A stretch of 62,416 nucleotides of DNA, the filler included, from Collodictyon triciliatum (taxonomy: Eukaryota), in assembly GCA_043381765.1 (NCBI GenBank). It is 5 parts of 5 records of this genome, joined end to end, with 100 filler letters (N's around TTAATTAATTAA, not from the genome) between each part and the next. Parts side by side here need not be neighbours in the genome. Positions count along the whole stretch, not along the records: positions 8,909 to 16,630 come from JBHJMP010000386.1; positions 16,731 to 23,786 come from JBHJMP010000387.1; positions 23,887 to 49,105 come from JBHJMP010000388.1; 2 more parts are not named here. One strand, given 5' to 3'. The notes under the pieces are model-generated. The model saw nothing but the letters and a program-made list of their open reading frames with translations, was not told the DNA's origin and searched no databases. The translations under genes and the position numbers were made by a program. Below, in pieces: positions 12,166 to 24,970 of the stretch. Numbering within the stretch: position 1 is the first letter of the stretch; every line of letters begins with the position of its first letter.

Positions 12166-15100
12166 TTAAAAACTCACTTTGTTTTGGTTATCACGACAAA
12201 GACCTTCGTTCAAAAAGATGCTAAACTCTTTGTAGAATTTCAGATACTTCTCTGGATTCTTGGTGGCTTCTTCTTCAAAGAATCTAGAGCGATTATTGGA
12301 TGTTGGCGAATAGGAATCCAACGCCAAGGCAACAAGGCCATCATGAGAAGAGGGAGAAAAGAGATAATACAAGATAACCCACCGGATGATTCTCTTTGTC
12401 AAAATGCCAGAAAGGCGGTGAATGAGAGACGAATCTTGAAGAGTCTCGCGACTGACATTCAAAGGGATATCCTCGCAGTCCACAACACCTGAGTATTTTG
12501 AAATAATCACGATTCGTATCATACTAACGTGAGCAAATGGGGTCAAAATATACATGTATGTATTTTATAATCATACAAGTAACTCAAAAAGAAGTGATAC
12601 GGATACGGTTATGATATTAAGAGTAGTGATTAATACCATGAATGAAGCGTAGCCAGTCTGGGAGAATCTTCTTGGAGTTGTGCTCCACAAGAATCTTCCG
12701 GGTGTAAATGCTGACGGAGGCGTTGCTTACATTTTGGAAGTAGCGGTCAGGCTAGTTGGGCATAATCAAACAGTTTAGTATTAAAAAAAAAAAAAGATAA
12801 ACACGCCCCTATTAGAAATGAAAAAGAAGAAAATGGTAAACTGTGAAGTTTGATAAAGTCGCGATAATGGCAAGATATCAATGATTGGACTGTTCATTCT
12901 GTCTTCCAAAAAAGGAAAGTAGAAGTTCTGAGCAAACCCGTTCTTTGGGGACGTAGAAAATAGTCCTGATGGACAACGGCGAGTCAGCAACAAAGTGGAA
13001 ATGGTAGAGTGGATCGTCTCCAAGGTGAGAAATAAACCGGAAGAATTCTATGACGGAAATGGTGTAATCAGAATCAAATGAAAATAGAATAGAACTCCTG
13101 ATATTTTCACGCGATTCATTTTCGGTATAGTGTCAACAAACGGCTGTGCTGTTCCTCTGTGATACTGCTCTTGTCTTGTAGCCAAAGTGGTTGGACTGTG
13201 TTAACCACTCGACCATTCAACTAAAAGCATCGGGTTGAGTTGGAAAAGATTTCAATGCGTATGAGATGGTGTTGACGCGGCTTCTTAATATAAGTAGAGG
13301 GAGAAGCCTTCTTCCCAAATGGATGAAAGAATCAATAAGTATCAAGATAAGGTGAAACCTTGATTGGATAGCCAACAAAATTGGAATATTTCTTGATTAT
13401 GCCTAAGTTTAAGTTAAGCACATTGAGTGGTGTGTCGAGGGACAGAAGTACGCATATATCCTTGTATGCTTGCTATTAGAATTATGAATTAATTACTCTC
13501 GACGTAGAATGGACTTGAAAACTCGTGACTGTCTTCCTTGAGTTGGAGAATAATCTTCGTTCCTCGAGATACTCCTTCTGCTTCATTGATAGTGTATGAT
13601 CCAAGCCTGGCAATACAAGGTAAATCAATATATTGGATAAATGCTCATTCTACCCAAAATATTATAACCCGTCAGTGCTCCATAGGTAACCGGGCGATTC
13701 GGTATCGACGGCAGATCTGGAGTAGACCTAAGAAAGAGAGAAAACCATCATTACTTATTACACACGGAAGACAAGAGACCATTGCGAATGTGCTATCAAT
13801 GAAATGAATGTATGTCCTAGAGACATACCTTCACGAGGTCAGAGACGATGAAGCTCGAGTAGAAACCAACACCAAACTGCCCGATAAGACTGTCATTGGA
13901 CTTGCTCTCAAGCTGGGAGATAAAGCTGGCAGTTCCTGTGTAAATATATGCCGTTTAGATGTATTGCAGGAAATTGAGTGGATAGATTGCCACTTTAGAA
14001 AAGCGTGCTACATTAAGAGAATCGTGAAAAGTATTTACCTGAATGGGCGATGGTTCCAAGATTTCTAACTAGATCTTCCTTCTTCATACCGATACCAGAG
14101 TCCTAAAAATTTTCGTATGTGTTTATCAGTAAATATGATCTTGTGTTTGAGACTCAGGTTGAGTCGAAATATTTTGCATACAAAAAAAAAAAAATGGCAA
14201 GGAGCCTAACCTGGATTATGAATGTTTTGTTTGTTGGGTCAACTAAGGAATGCACCAAAAATGGCGTTCGTTAGTAAGTAAATCGACTAATAGTGCACAT
14301 GCTTGGTTAAGGTTGAATTAAGCAGTAGGCTTTCGAATTATTAGGCATGTACCATCACCAGTACCCGACAAAACACTCACCAGATATGCTAATCTCGAAG
14401 GGAATCTCCTGGTTGATAAGAGGACCTTGCTTCTGCTGCTCATACTTGGCTTTCTCGAGAGCATCGCTTGCGTTAGAAATGAGCTCACGGATAAAGACTT
14501 CCTTGTCCTTATACAAGCTCTTTGCAACAATACTGAGAAGCTTCTTCGTTTCGGCTTGGAAAATAAACTGCTCAGAGTCCCCTGATAATTTCAACAAAAT
14601 TAAACCATCAGCCTTCCTTAGAACACAGTCATTCCCAAAGAAGATTTTCTTGTTAATTTACCGAAAGATATAGTGTTTGAGCCATTGAAATTTGCGTGCC
14701 AAAAAAAAATTAAACTTGGGTTGTCTTCTAACCCTTGGAATAAGTTTGTTCAATATTCTATACATATATTATTTGATGATGATGATTATTATCATTATTA
14801 TTATCATTGTCATTATTATTATCATTATTATTGTCATTATTATTGTCATTATTATTGTCATTATTATTGTCATTATTATTGTCATTATTATTGTCATTAT
14901 TATTGTCATTATTATTGTCATTATTATTGTNNNNNNNNNNNNNNNNNNNNNNNNNNNNNNNNNNNNNNNNNNNNNNNNNNNNNNNNNNNNNNNNNNNNNN
15001 NNNNNNNNNNNNNNNNNNNNNNNNNNNNNNTATTATCATTATTATTATCATTATTATTATCATTATTATTATCATTATTATTATCATTATTATTATCATT

Positions 15101-15764
15101 ATTATTATCATTATTATTATCATTATTATAATCATAATAATAAACCTTTCACAACTTCGGTCTCCTTAATGGTTGGTTCGTTGAGTTCAGTCAACTCAGG
15201 TGCATCGGGTTGATTCATATCCCTCTCAACTTGCTCTTCAATAGCACGCTCCTCTTCCGGAGTCAGCTTTGGCTCAGGCTGAGCGTCGTCTTTTGGGAGA
15301 GCGGAGTCGTTATTATCCGCTTTAGTGCTGTTGCCACTGCTGTTGTTGGCATCGACTGAGAAGGTCCGGAAGATGAAAGAGGACGGGTACGCTTGTGACT
15401 GAGCCCCTAGAAACAATCTTTGCTGTTAGTGGTCGACAACAGACAAGTCTGTGGGAAAGAAGGGTAAAAAAATTAAAAAAAAAAATAGATGAGGGGAAGA
15501 GAGAGAGGGTGTATACGCAACCAATAGGAACGAAGGAAATTGTGGCTATGAATAACACAGTGCAGAATATAAGAAAAACGTGCCCTTATGAGCGCTCAGC
15601 AAGACAGAAGATCGCGAGGTGAACGCCTGGCGAATCTGGAATCACATATGGTTCAGTAGCTGTTTAACGAGGAAGTTTGCCAACAATAAACAGCGAAAAC
15701 GAAGGACGTGGATCAGGATTTAAAAGATAGTCTGCAACCAAGACAACAACAACAACAAAAAAAA

Positions 15765-15826
<62 letters not shown>

Positions 15827-15876
15827 AGCAAACAAACCAGCCTTGCGAAGGGCAGCGAGCTATTGAGTGTCGCCAT
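9771..15876 (-). CDS. TRAP1: Mitochondrial Hsp90-family chaperone (TRAP1/Hsp75), multi-exon
   Basis: [82 protein letters not shown]. Arg/Ser-rich, acid-free presequence [23 protein letters not shown]. No MEEVD or KDEL; ends VGKAAE* at 9771. Confidence 0.9.
9931..10008. repeat. (GGTGATGGTGGT)n 12-bp repeat in the last TRAP1 intron
   Basis: Lies between the exons ending ...ALMEQ and starting LYVGACL; the poly-His ORF translation here is intronic. Confidence 0.85.
11881..12165. repeat. (TTA)n microsatellite spanning an N gap, TRAP1 intron
   Basis: Direct observation. Confidence 0.95.
14786..15139. repeat. 12-bp compound repeat (TTATTATTGTCA / TTATTATTATCA)n spanning an N gap, TRAP1 intron
   Basis: Direct observation. 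Confidence 0.9.
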
Positions 15877-16630
15877 ATCCTATGAGGGTAAACGAAGAGA
15901 GATTGGGTTTACTGAACACTGAGTGAAAGGGCGATGAGCTTCTGGCGAGGCTTGTTTGAGGGAGCTCTCTCTCCCAGATCGCACACACACCTTTGGTTCC
16001 TTTTGCTGCTCTGTTTTGTGGGGGTAATATGATTCTGATGCTATCGCGTGGCTTGTGCCGTGCGAGAAGTTTCCGGAAGAAATGCGAATGTGGATTTGTG
16101 GTCATCCCAAGGGCACAACGGGTGATTCAAGTAGTTTGCGTCAGAACTTGCCTGGTTTTCCTACTAGCATCAAACTATCATGTATTATAATAGATTTATA
16201 TATTTTTTGCATACATATATAGTTTCAAATGTGATAATTATGTTTGAAAAATCATATAAACTTATATTCCAGAAATAATTATAATCCAATTTTGTATATT
16301 CGACATGGCAGCTGATTATTTTAGGGTGGCATTCCATTCCAGCCTCATTGGCGTTTCCGTCGCTCGAACTTTGTCATGGTGCTCGGGCTTGCTCGGCAGG
16401 AGAAAAGTGCTGCGGCCATGAAAAATTGGGTGCGCGAAGCAACGTGGGTGGTTAGCGGACGGAAGGGAGGCCCAGCGAGGCGGGCAGCAAAGTCGGGCGA
16501 CCACTTGCTGGGATAACTGGACGGATTTTCATACCAAATAGCCTGATAAGATCAAGTAGAGAACAAAAACAAAAACAAAAACAAAAACAAAAACAAAAAC
16601 AAAAAAACAAAAAAACAAAAAAACAAAAAA

Positions 16631-16730
16631 NNNNNNNNNNNNNNNNNNNNNNNNNNNNNNNNNNNNNNNNNNNNTTAATTAATTAANNNNNNNNNNNNNN
16701 NNNNNNNNNNNNNNNNNNNNNNNNNNNNNN
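16631..16730. other. Artificial scaffold-joining linker
   Basis: TTAATTAATTAA at 16675-16686 within Ns. Confidence 0.95.
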
Positions 16731-17100
16731 TCATTCTTTAGTTTTCTTCATGGTAGAAAAATAGTATTACTTTCTTTTCTTTTCTTTCTTTTTTAATGGA
16801 TAGAAATAATCAACAATCAACAAACCATTAAAAATGAATTGCCTAAATTAATAACGAAACAGCTTTTAGTACGATGAAGCATATTTATTTTGGTTCTCTC
16901 CTCCTCTCTGTCGTACAAAGCATTTATTTTTGACGTACATATTACAATATATCTCCTCTTCTCCATCACCATGCTAATTAAAAAAAAATAAACAGAATCC
17001 CACCTTTTTGCACAAAACTGAAAGGAAGAATTAAAAAAAAACATAAACAAAGCGTAGGTGTTCTTGTTTTCATACAACTATTAAATATTCACGATAACAG

Positions 17101-20447
<3,347 letters not shown>

Positions 20448-20689
20448 AAGCAGTGGTATGATGTTTTCTCGTGGAGGTTTTCTGACTTCCTAACACCACC
20501 ACAGAGTAAAGAATATTAGCCCAATCTCCGAAGCACTTCCTTTGTCTGCTTCCTTCTCGCGTAGATCTTGGGGAAAATGCTGCGATAGTGGACAAACAGC
20601 GAACAACAGTGCGACTGGCTCGCTCAATCTGGCCTTGCCCGCCCATATATATATATATATATTTTATAATAAAAATGAAGGCAAGCTTC

Positions 20690-22430
20690 GCACATTTGAT
20701 GGAAAGTACAACCCACGACCCAACGATGGCTTCGTAAGTTGCAGCCAGTTCTTCTGGTTCCAACGCTGGTGCGGAAAAACCCCGAGTTGCACGTAAGTCC
20801 AGGAAAACCCGTGCAAGGAAGCCGCCTGCAAGTCTGTCTGAGCGGACAGTATTTTTGCACGGGGTCGAGCAAGTCGTTTATAACAAGAACAAGATACGCA
20901 GGCTCACAGATGTGCTCGCCTCCTTCTCGAAAGCGAACATACTTTGGGAAGAGTCCATCCAATTGCGCTTACCGGACAGCGAAGGCCTTTGCCTGATCAC
21001 CTTCCGCACTGCAGAAAACGCCCGAAAGCTTGTGGAGCTGAAGCAGGTAAGTTTGAGCGATATTAAGATCAGCTTCAGCAAAAGTAAACCAACAGAACCT
21101 CGGTGATGCTCTACCAACTACCGCTGGACGTGTGGCCGCAACTCTTTCGCGAGGAGCTGAAGCCGTTAAGACCGACCCACGTGGAGATAAAAAAAAAGGA
21201 CAAAGGCTTATTCACAGACACGGGGTGGTGAAGCTTCTTTGTCTCAAGAACCAACTCCCTGCAAAGTTTACGGTCATGGGCAAAGAAGTGTCCAAAGCGC
21301 ATCCTCAAAGAGCGTCCGCCAGCCGCGAACAATGAACGACAAATAAAAGCCCCACAGAAGAATACACCTGTCAAGCAGACAAGCAGCAGCGGGGTCAAGG
21401 AAGCCAAGGCCAGGCAACAACAGAGTTCGCAAGACTCACAGCAGATACACGCATACAGCGACAGCGACGATGACATGGAAGGAAATCTCGGTTCCTCTTC
21501 AGAATCCTCGCACTCGAGCCCCTCCAACACCAACACCGGACAAGCCCGCACATTGCAAGACCCAAGAGCAGTGCATCTCCAAACCCCGAAAGAAATCCCC
21601 CCTTAAATTACCCATTCAGACTGACGTGAATATGGTTAACATAGGAGGCCTCAAGGCAGTCTTCGTTACTTATCCGAAAGGATACTCCAAAGCGAAGGCA
21701 ACACAAGAACCAGCGCCCACAAAAGATAGACCGTTTACCCTGCGCCAGCCCGTCGCACCGAGAACCAAGGAGCAAGAGCAAATAGTACAAGTCGAATCCA
21801 AGCCTGGAACTTCACAAACTAAAGACAGTCCGAGCAAGCAGGAGCGTATGTTTCTAAAACCACAAACGGTATCCATACTCCGGTTAAGAAAGTCCACTGC
21901 GCTACGCATGCCTCCGAAACCAGGGACGGTCAAGCGCCACTTCCGATAATTCCAGACAAACAATGATGCATCACTTTCTGTCTGAATCTCCCAGCAAGAA
22001 ACGCAAGGAAATTGACCCGTTGTCCCCTCAAAAGACTCATCCTGTGGAATGAAATAGGATGTAAACCTTGTCTGAGATAGATGGTCGAAAGGACTCGTCG
22101 GAATCGATTTTAGAAGTAACTGTCATGTGCGTACTTTCATCGACCCGACAACTTTATCCGCTCTTCTGTCAGTCTCGAACACAACCAGAAATCACGTTGG
22201 AGCTAAATCACCTCGGGTAGAATAGGCTGCGTGTGAGAAATTTTCTCTCCTTTCTATCTTGCTTTTTCTTTTTCTTTTTCTTTCCACCCAAAACAAAAAA
22301 CCTCCAACCACACAATCCGAGGGGGTTTCCACTGTCTTGTCCACAGCTCATTTTTATCCTAGAGGCGAAGGCGGGTTCCTCGGGTTTATTTTCAATGATT
22401 TATTTTAAACATTGATAATTAAAAACTGTC
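20690..22430 (+). mobile_element. Degenerate non-LTR retrotransposon (LINE-like) remnant: disrupted ORF1 plus 3' tail, no ORF2
   Basis: Intronless, comparatively GC-rich block. ATG 20726 is followed by an in-frame TAA at 20735, with frameshifts near 21100, 21222 and 21600. The reconstructed protein ...RTVFLHGV...GLCLITFRTAENARKLVELKQVSLSDIKISF...SVMLYQLPLDV...GLFTDTGVVKL...LPAKFTVMGKEV resembles L1/Tx1-type ORF1p RRM regions. The 3' motif at 22358-22393 recurs inside a TSD-flanked insertion at 48063-48098. Boundaries are approximate. Confidence 0.6.
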
Positions 22431-22803
22431 TAATTTACAAACGTCAATCGTTTTCAAAATTGAAATTGGAATATACTATTCATTATTTCTAGAGGTGCAG
22501 TTTATTTTTTTTTAAAAAATTTTCATTCCTTTTTTCCCTTGAGTAATCGTGAATCCTTGAAAACAGTGGTAGTGTGAGACTTTGGCCAGAAGCGAGAAGG
22601 TGGGGATATTTTCAGGTTCCGTAATGAATGTAGAAAGCTTTTGTTGTTGAACTCGTTGAGATGTGGTAATCAGATAGTTTGTGATTTCCCTTCAGCGGCT
22701 GTCCCATAAAAAAAATGACACTGCTATTCTAGTTGGACCCTAAGCTCCTCAATGTATGTACCTTAAAATGCTCCGAGCCGTTGGAAAGCCCCGCATTGAG
22801 TGA

Positions 22804-22845
22804 TGACATCATATATATATTAATATTACTATATATATGATGTCA
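22804..22845. repeat. Perfect 16-bp inverted repeat (hairpin) with a 10-nt loop
   Basis: TGACATCATATATATA - TTAATATTAC - TATATATATGATGTCA. Confidence 0.9.
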
Positions 22846-22864
22846 CTTTACGTCCTTTTTCTAT

Positions 22865-23074
22865 TTCTCGAGGACTGACCGATAACTTATTTCCCTGCAT
22901 TCATACCATATATGGCGAGTACGGTACCTCGCCCTAATTCTCGACGACTGACCGATAACTTATTTCCCTGCATTCATACCAAATGTGGAATATAAAATAA
23001 TTAAATTAATTCTCTGATACCAAATGTGGAATATAAATAATTTAAATTAATTCGCTGATACCATATGCGGTATC
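22865..23074. repeat. Nested direct repeats: a 44-bp unit twice (period 73) and a 41-bp unit twice plus a partial copy
   Basis: TTCTCGA(G/C)GACTGACCGATAACTTATTTCCCTGCATTCATACCA at 22865 and 22938; ATACCAAATGTGGAATATAAA... at 22976 and 23017, partial at 23058. Confidence 0.9.
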
Positions 23075-23261
23075 TTTGCGCTGGCCCACCTGGCCCAAAA
23101 ATCCCAAAAATTTCACGCAAAAAACTTGTTTGCCTGTGTAGATTTTTTTACACGATGATTAAAAAATACATACGCGAGAAATATATTTCCCCCAAAATTT
23201 TGGGATAAGTATATAAAAAATGGGCCAGCCTTCAACTCTTTTTTTATTATAGTTGGTCAGT

Positions 23262-23657
23262 TTATTCATCGTCGCTGTGTCGCTTGATAATATAGCAGAG
23301 CAGAGTAACCAATAATGGTTTCAGCTTTTCTCTCGCAAAAATCCAGTTTCTTCTATCAGGAGATTCCTCAGGATTCATTACACAATGTATACAGTCAAGA
23401 GTATCATCCAGGTGCTTTTCGTAATTATCCTCGACATTAAATTTTTCCAATGCCAAAAAACAGGAGAGCGCATCAGTTGTAAATTCTTCAGTTTTCCTCG
23501 AAGAAGTCAGACTGAGATTAAGGCCAGCTTTCCAAACAACCTTAATGTTGCTCACTTCACTTCTTTTAAACATAATTGAAACATCATTAACTTGATTCCA
23601 TTCATGTTTAATTCTTATTTTATAGTCTTTGTTATAGTAAACAATGGTTGCTGACAT
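23262..23657 (-). CDS. Intronless 131-aa hypothetical protein, probably viral or element-encoded
   Basis: Clean ATG-to-TAA ORF, AT-rich and globular-looking, with no introns, unlike the host genes. Confidence 0.65.
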   Translation of the reverse strand: MSATIVYYNKDYKIRIKHEWNQVNDVSIMFKRSEVSNIKVVWKAGLNLSLTSSRKTEEFTTDALSCFLALEKFNVEDNYEKHLDDTLDCIHCVMNPEESPDRRNWIFAREKLKPLLVTLLCYIIKRHSDDE

Positions 23658-23697
23658 CTTGTAAAGCTATTTAAAGGTAATTTATTAAGTTATTATA

Positions 23698-23786
23698 ATG
23701 TCTTTAACTCAAGAAGAAATATTTAAACCTATTCCTTTTTGTCAACAGTATGAAATTGGTACTTTTGGAAATGTAAGAAATATGTA
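23698..23786 (+). CDS. NUMOD4-motif protein (HNH homing-endonuclease type), N-terminal fragment
   Basis: MSLTQEEIFKPIPFCQQYEIGTFGNVRNM matches the NUMOD4 pattern EEIWKPIPGYEGxYEVSNxGRVRS; truncated by the linker. Confidence 0.7.
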
Positions 23787-23886
23787 NNNNNNNNNNNNNN
23801 NNNNNNNNNNNNNNNNNNNNNNNNNNNNNNTTAATTAATTAANNNNNNNNNNNNNNNNNNNNNNNNNNNNNNNNNNNNNNNNNNNN
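23787..23886. other. Artificial scaffold-joining linker
   Basis: TTAATTAATTAA at 23831-23842 within Ns. Confidence 0.95.
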
Positions 23887-24045
23887 ACAATAAAAAACAA
23901 TAAAAAACAATAAAAAACAATAAAAAACAATAAAAAACAATAAAAAAACAATAAAAAACAATAAAAAACAATAAAAAACAATAAAAAAACAATAAAAAAC
24001 AATAAAAAACAATAAAAAACAATAAACAATAAAAAAACAATAAAA
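23887..24045. repeat. (AATAAAAAAC)n tandem repeat at the scaffold start
   Basis: Direct observation. Confidence 0.9.
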
Positions 24046-24204
24046 AGCAACAAATGGGTAAACGAAGAAAATACAGAGCAATAAAAAGCAAATAGATACG
24101 CAAGTGCAATCCACCATGCACAAAACACACATTACCCATCGCTTTTGCAGCTCCATTTTCAATACCAAACATATGGGCAAACCAGAGTTCACGGACCGAC
24201 CAGG

Positions 24205-24887
24205 ATGGACTCCGTCATCACGAAGGAGGACATCCGAAGGCAGATGGAGGACTTTGCTCGATTTCTGCTCGCAAAAAACTACTACTTGACCGCTCTCGAG
24301 TTTTACCACGAGATCCAGGAAGACGGGGACGAACTTACAATCCTGAAAGAGTGGTTCTCGATGAACTATCCGATAGCCGAGGAGCGCTCAGGTTCACTTT
24401 TGAAGCTATTCTTTCTTTTTTGTGATATTACTGCCTTGTTAAAAAAATGCATTAAAATAACTGTAGAGAATTAAAAAAAAACCAGAAAAGCATAAGAAAA
24501 CAGAAAATCGCCAAAACATCAAACAAAAACAAAACAAAACAAAACAAAACAAAACAAAACAAAACAAAACAAAACAAAACAAAACAAAACAAAACAAAAC
24601 AAAAAACAAAACAAAAAAACAAAAAACAAAAAAACAAAAAACAAAAAACAAAAAAACNNNNNNNNNNNNNNNNNNNNNNNNNNNNNNNNNNNNNNNNNNN
24701 NNNNNNNNNNNNNNNNNNNNNNNNNNNNNNNNNNNNNNNNNNNNNNNNNNNNNNNNNAAAAAAAAAAAAAACAAAAAAAACAAAAAAAAAAAAAAAACAA
24801 AAACAAAAACAAAATATAATAAATACCAGAAATATATTAGATAACAGAAAATCATTAAAGAATACAAAAACTTAAAAACCCCCAAAA

Positions 24888-24936
<49 letters not shown>

Positions 24937-24939
24937 CCC

Positions 24940-24970
<31 letters not shown>

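Larger units (their letters stand above)
22799..23786. mobile_element. Probable terminus of an endogenous DNA virus or Polinton-like element, cut by the scaffold end
   Basis: AGTGATGA start, 16-bp hairpin, 73-bp and 41-bp period tandem repeats, then two intronless AT-rich divergent ORFs 40 bp apart, one beginning with a NUMOD4 motif. Confidence 0.6.

Noticed and set aside
16344-16542. GC-rich open frames upstream of TRAP1, possibly the last exon of another minus-strand gene
   Set aside because: More than one frame is plausible, there is no motif, and the upstream exons are lost at the scaffold end.
22865-23074. CRISPR-like repeat-spacer array
   Set aside because: Only two copies of each unit, the 41-bp units are directly tandem without unique spacers, the context is eukaryotic and there are no cas genes.
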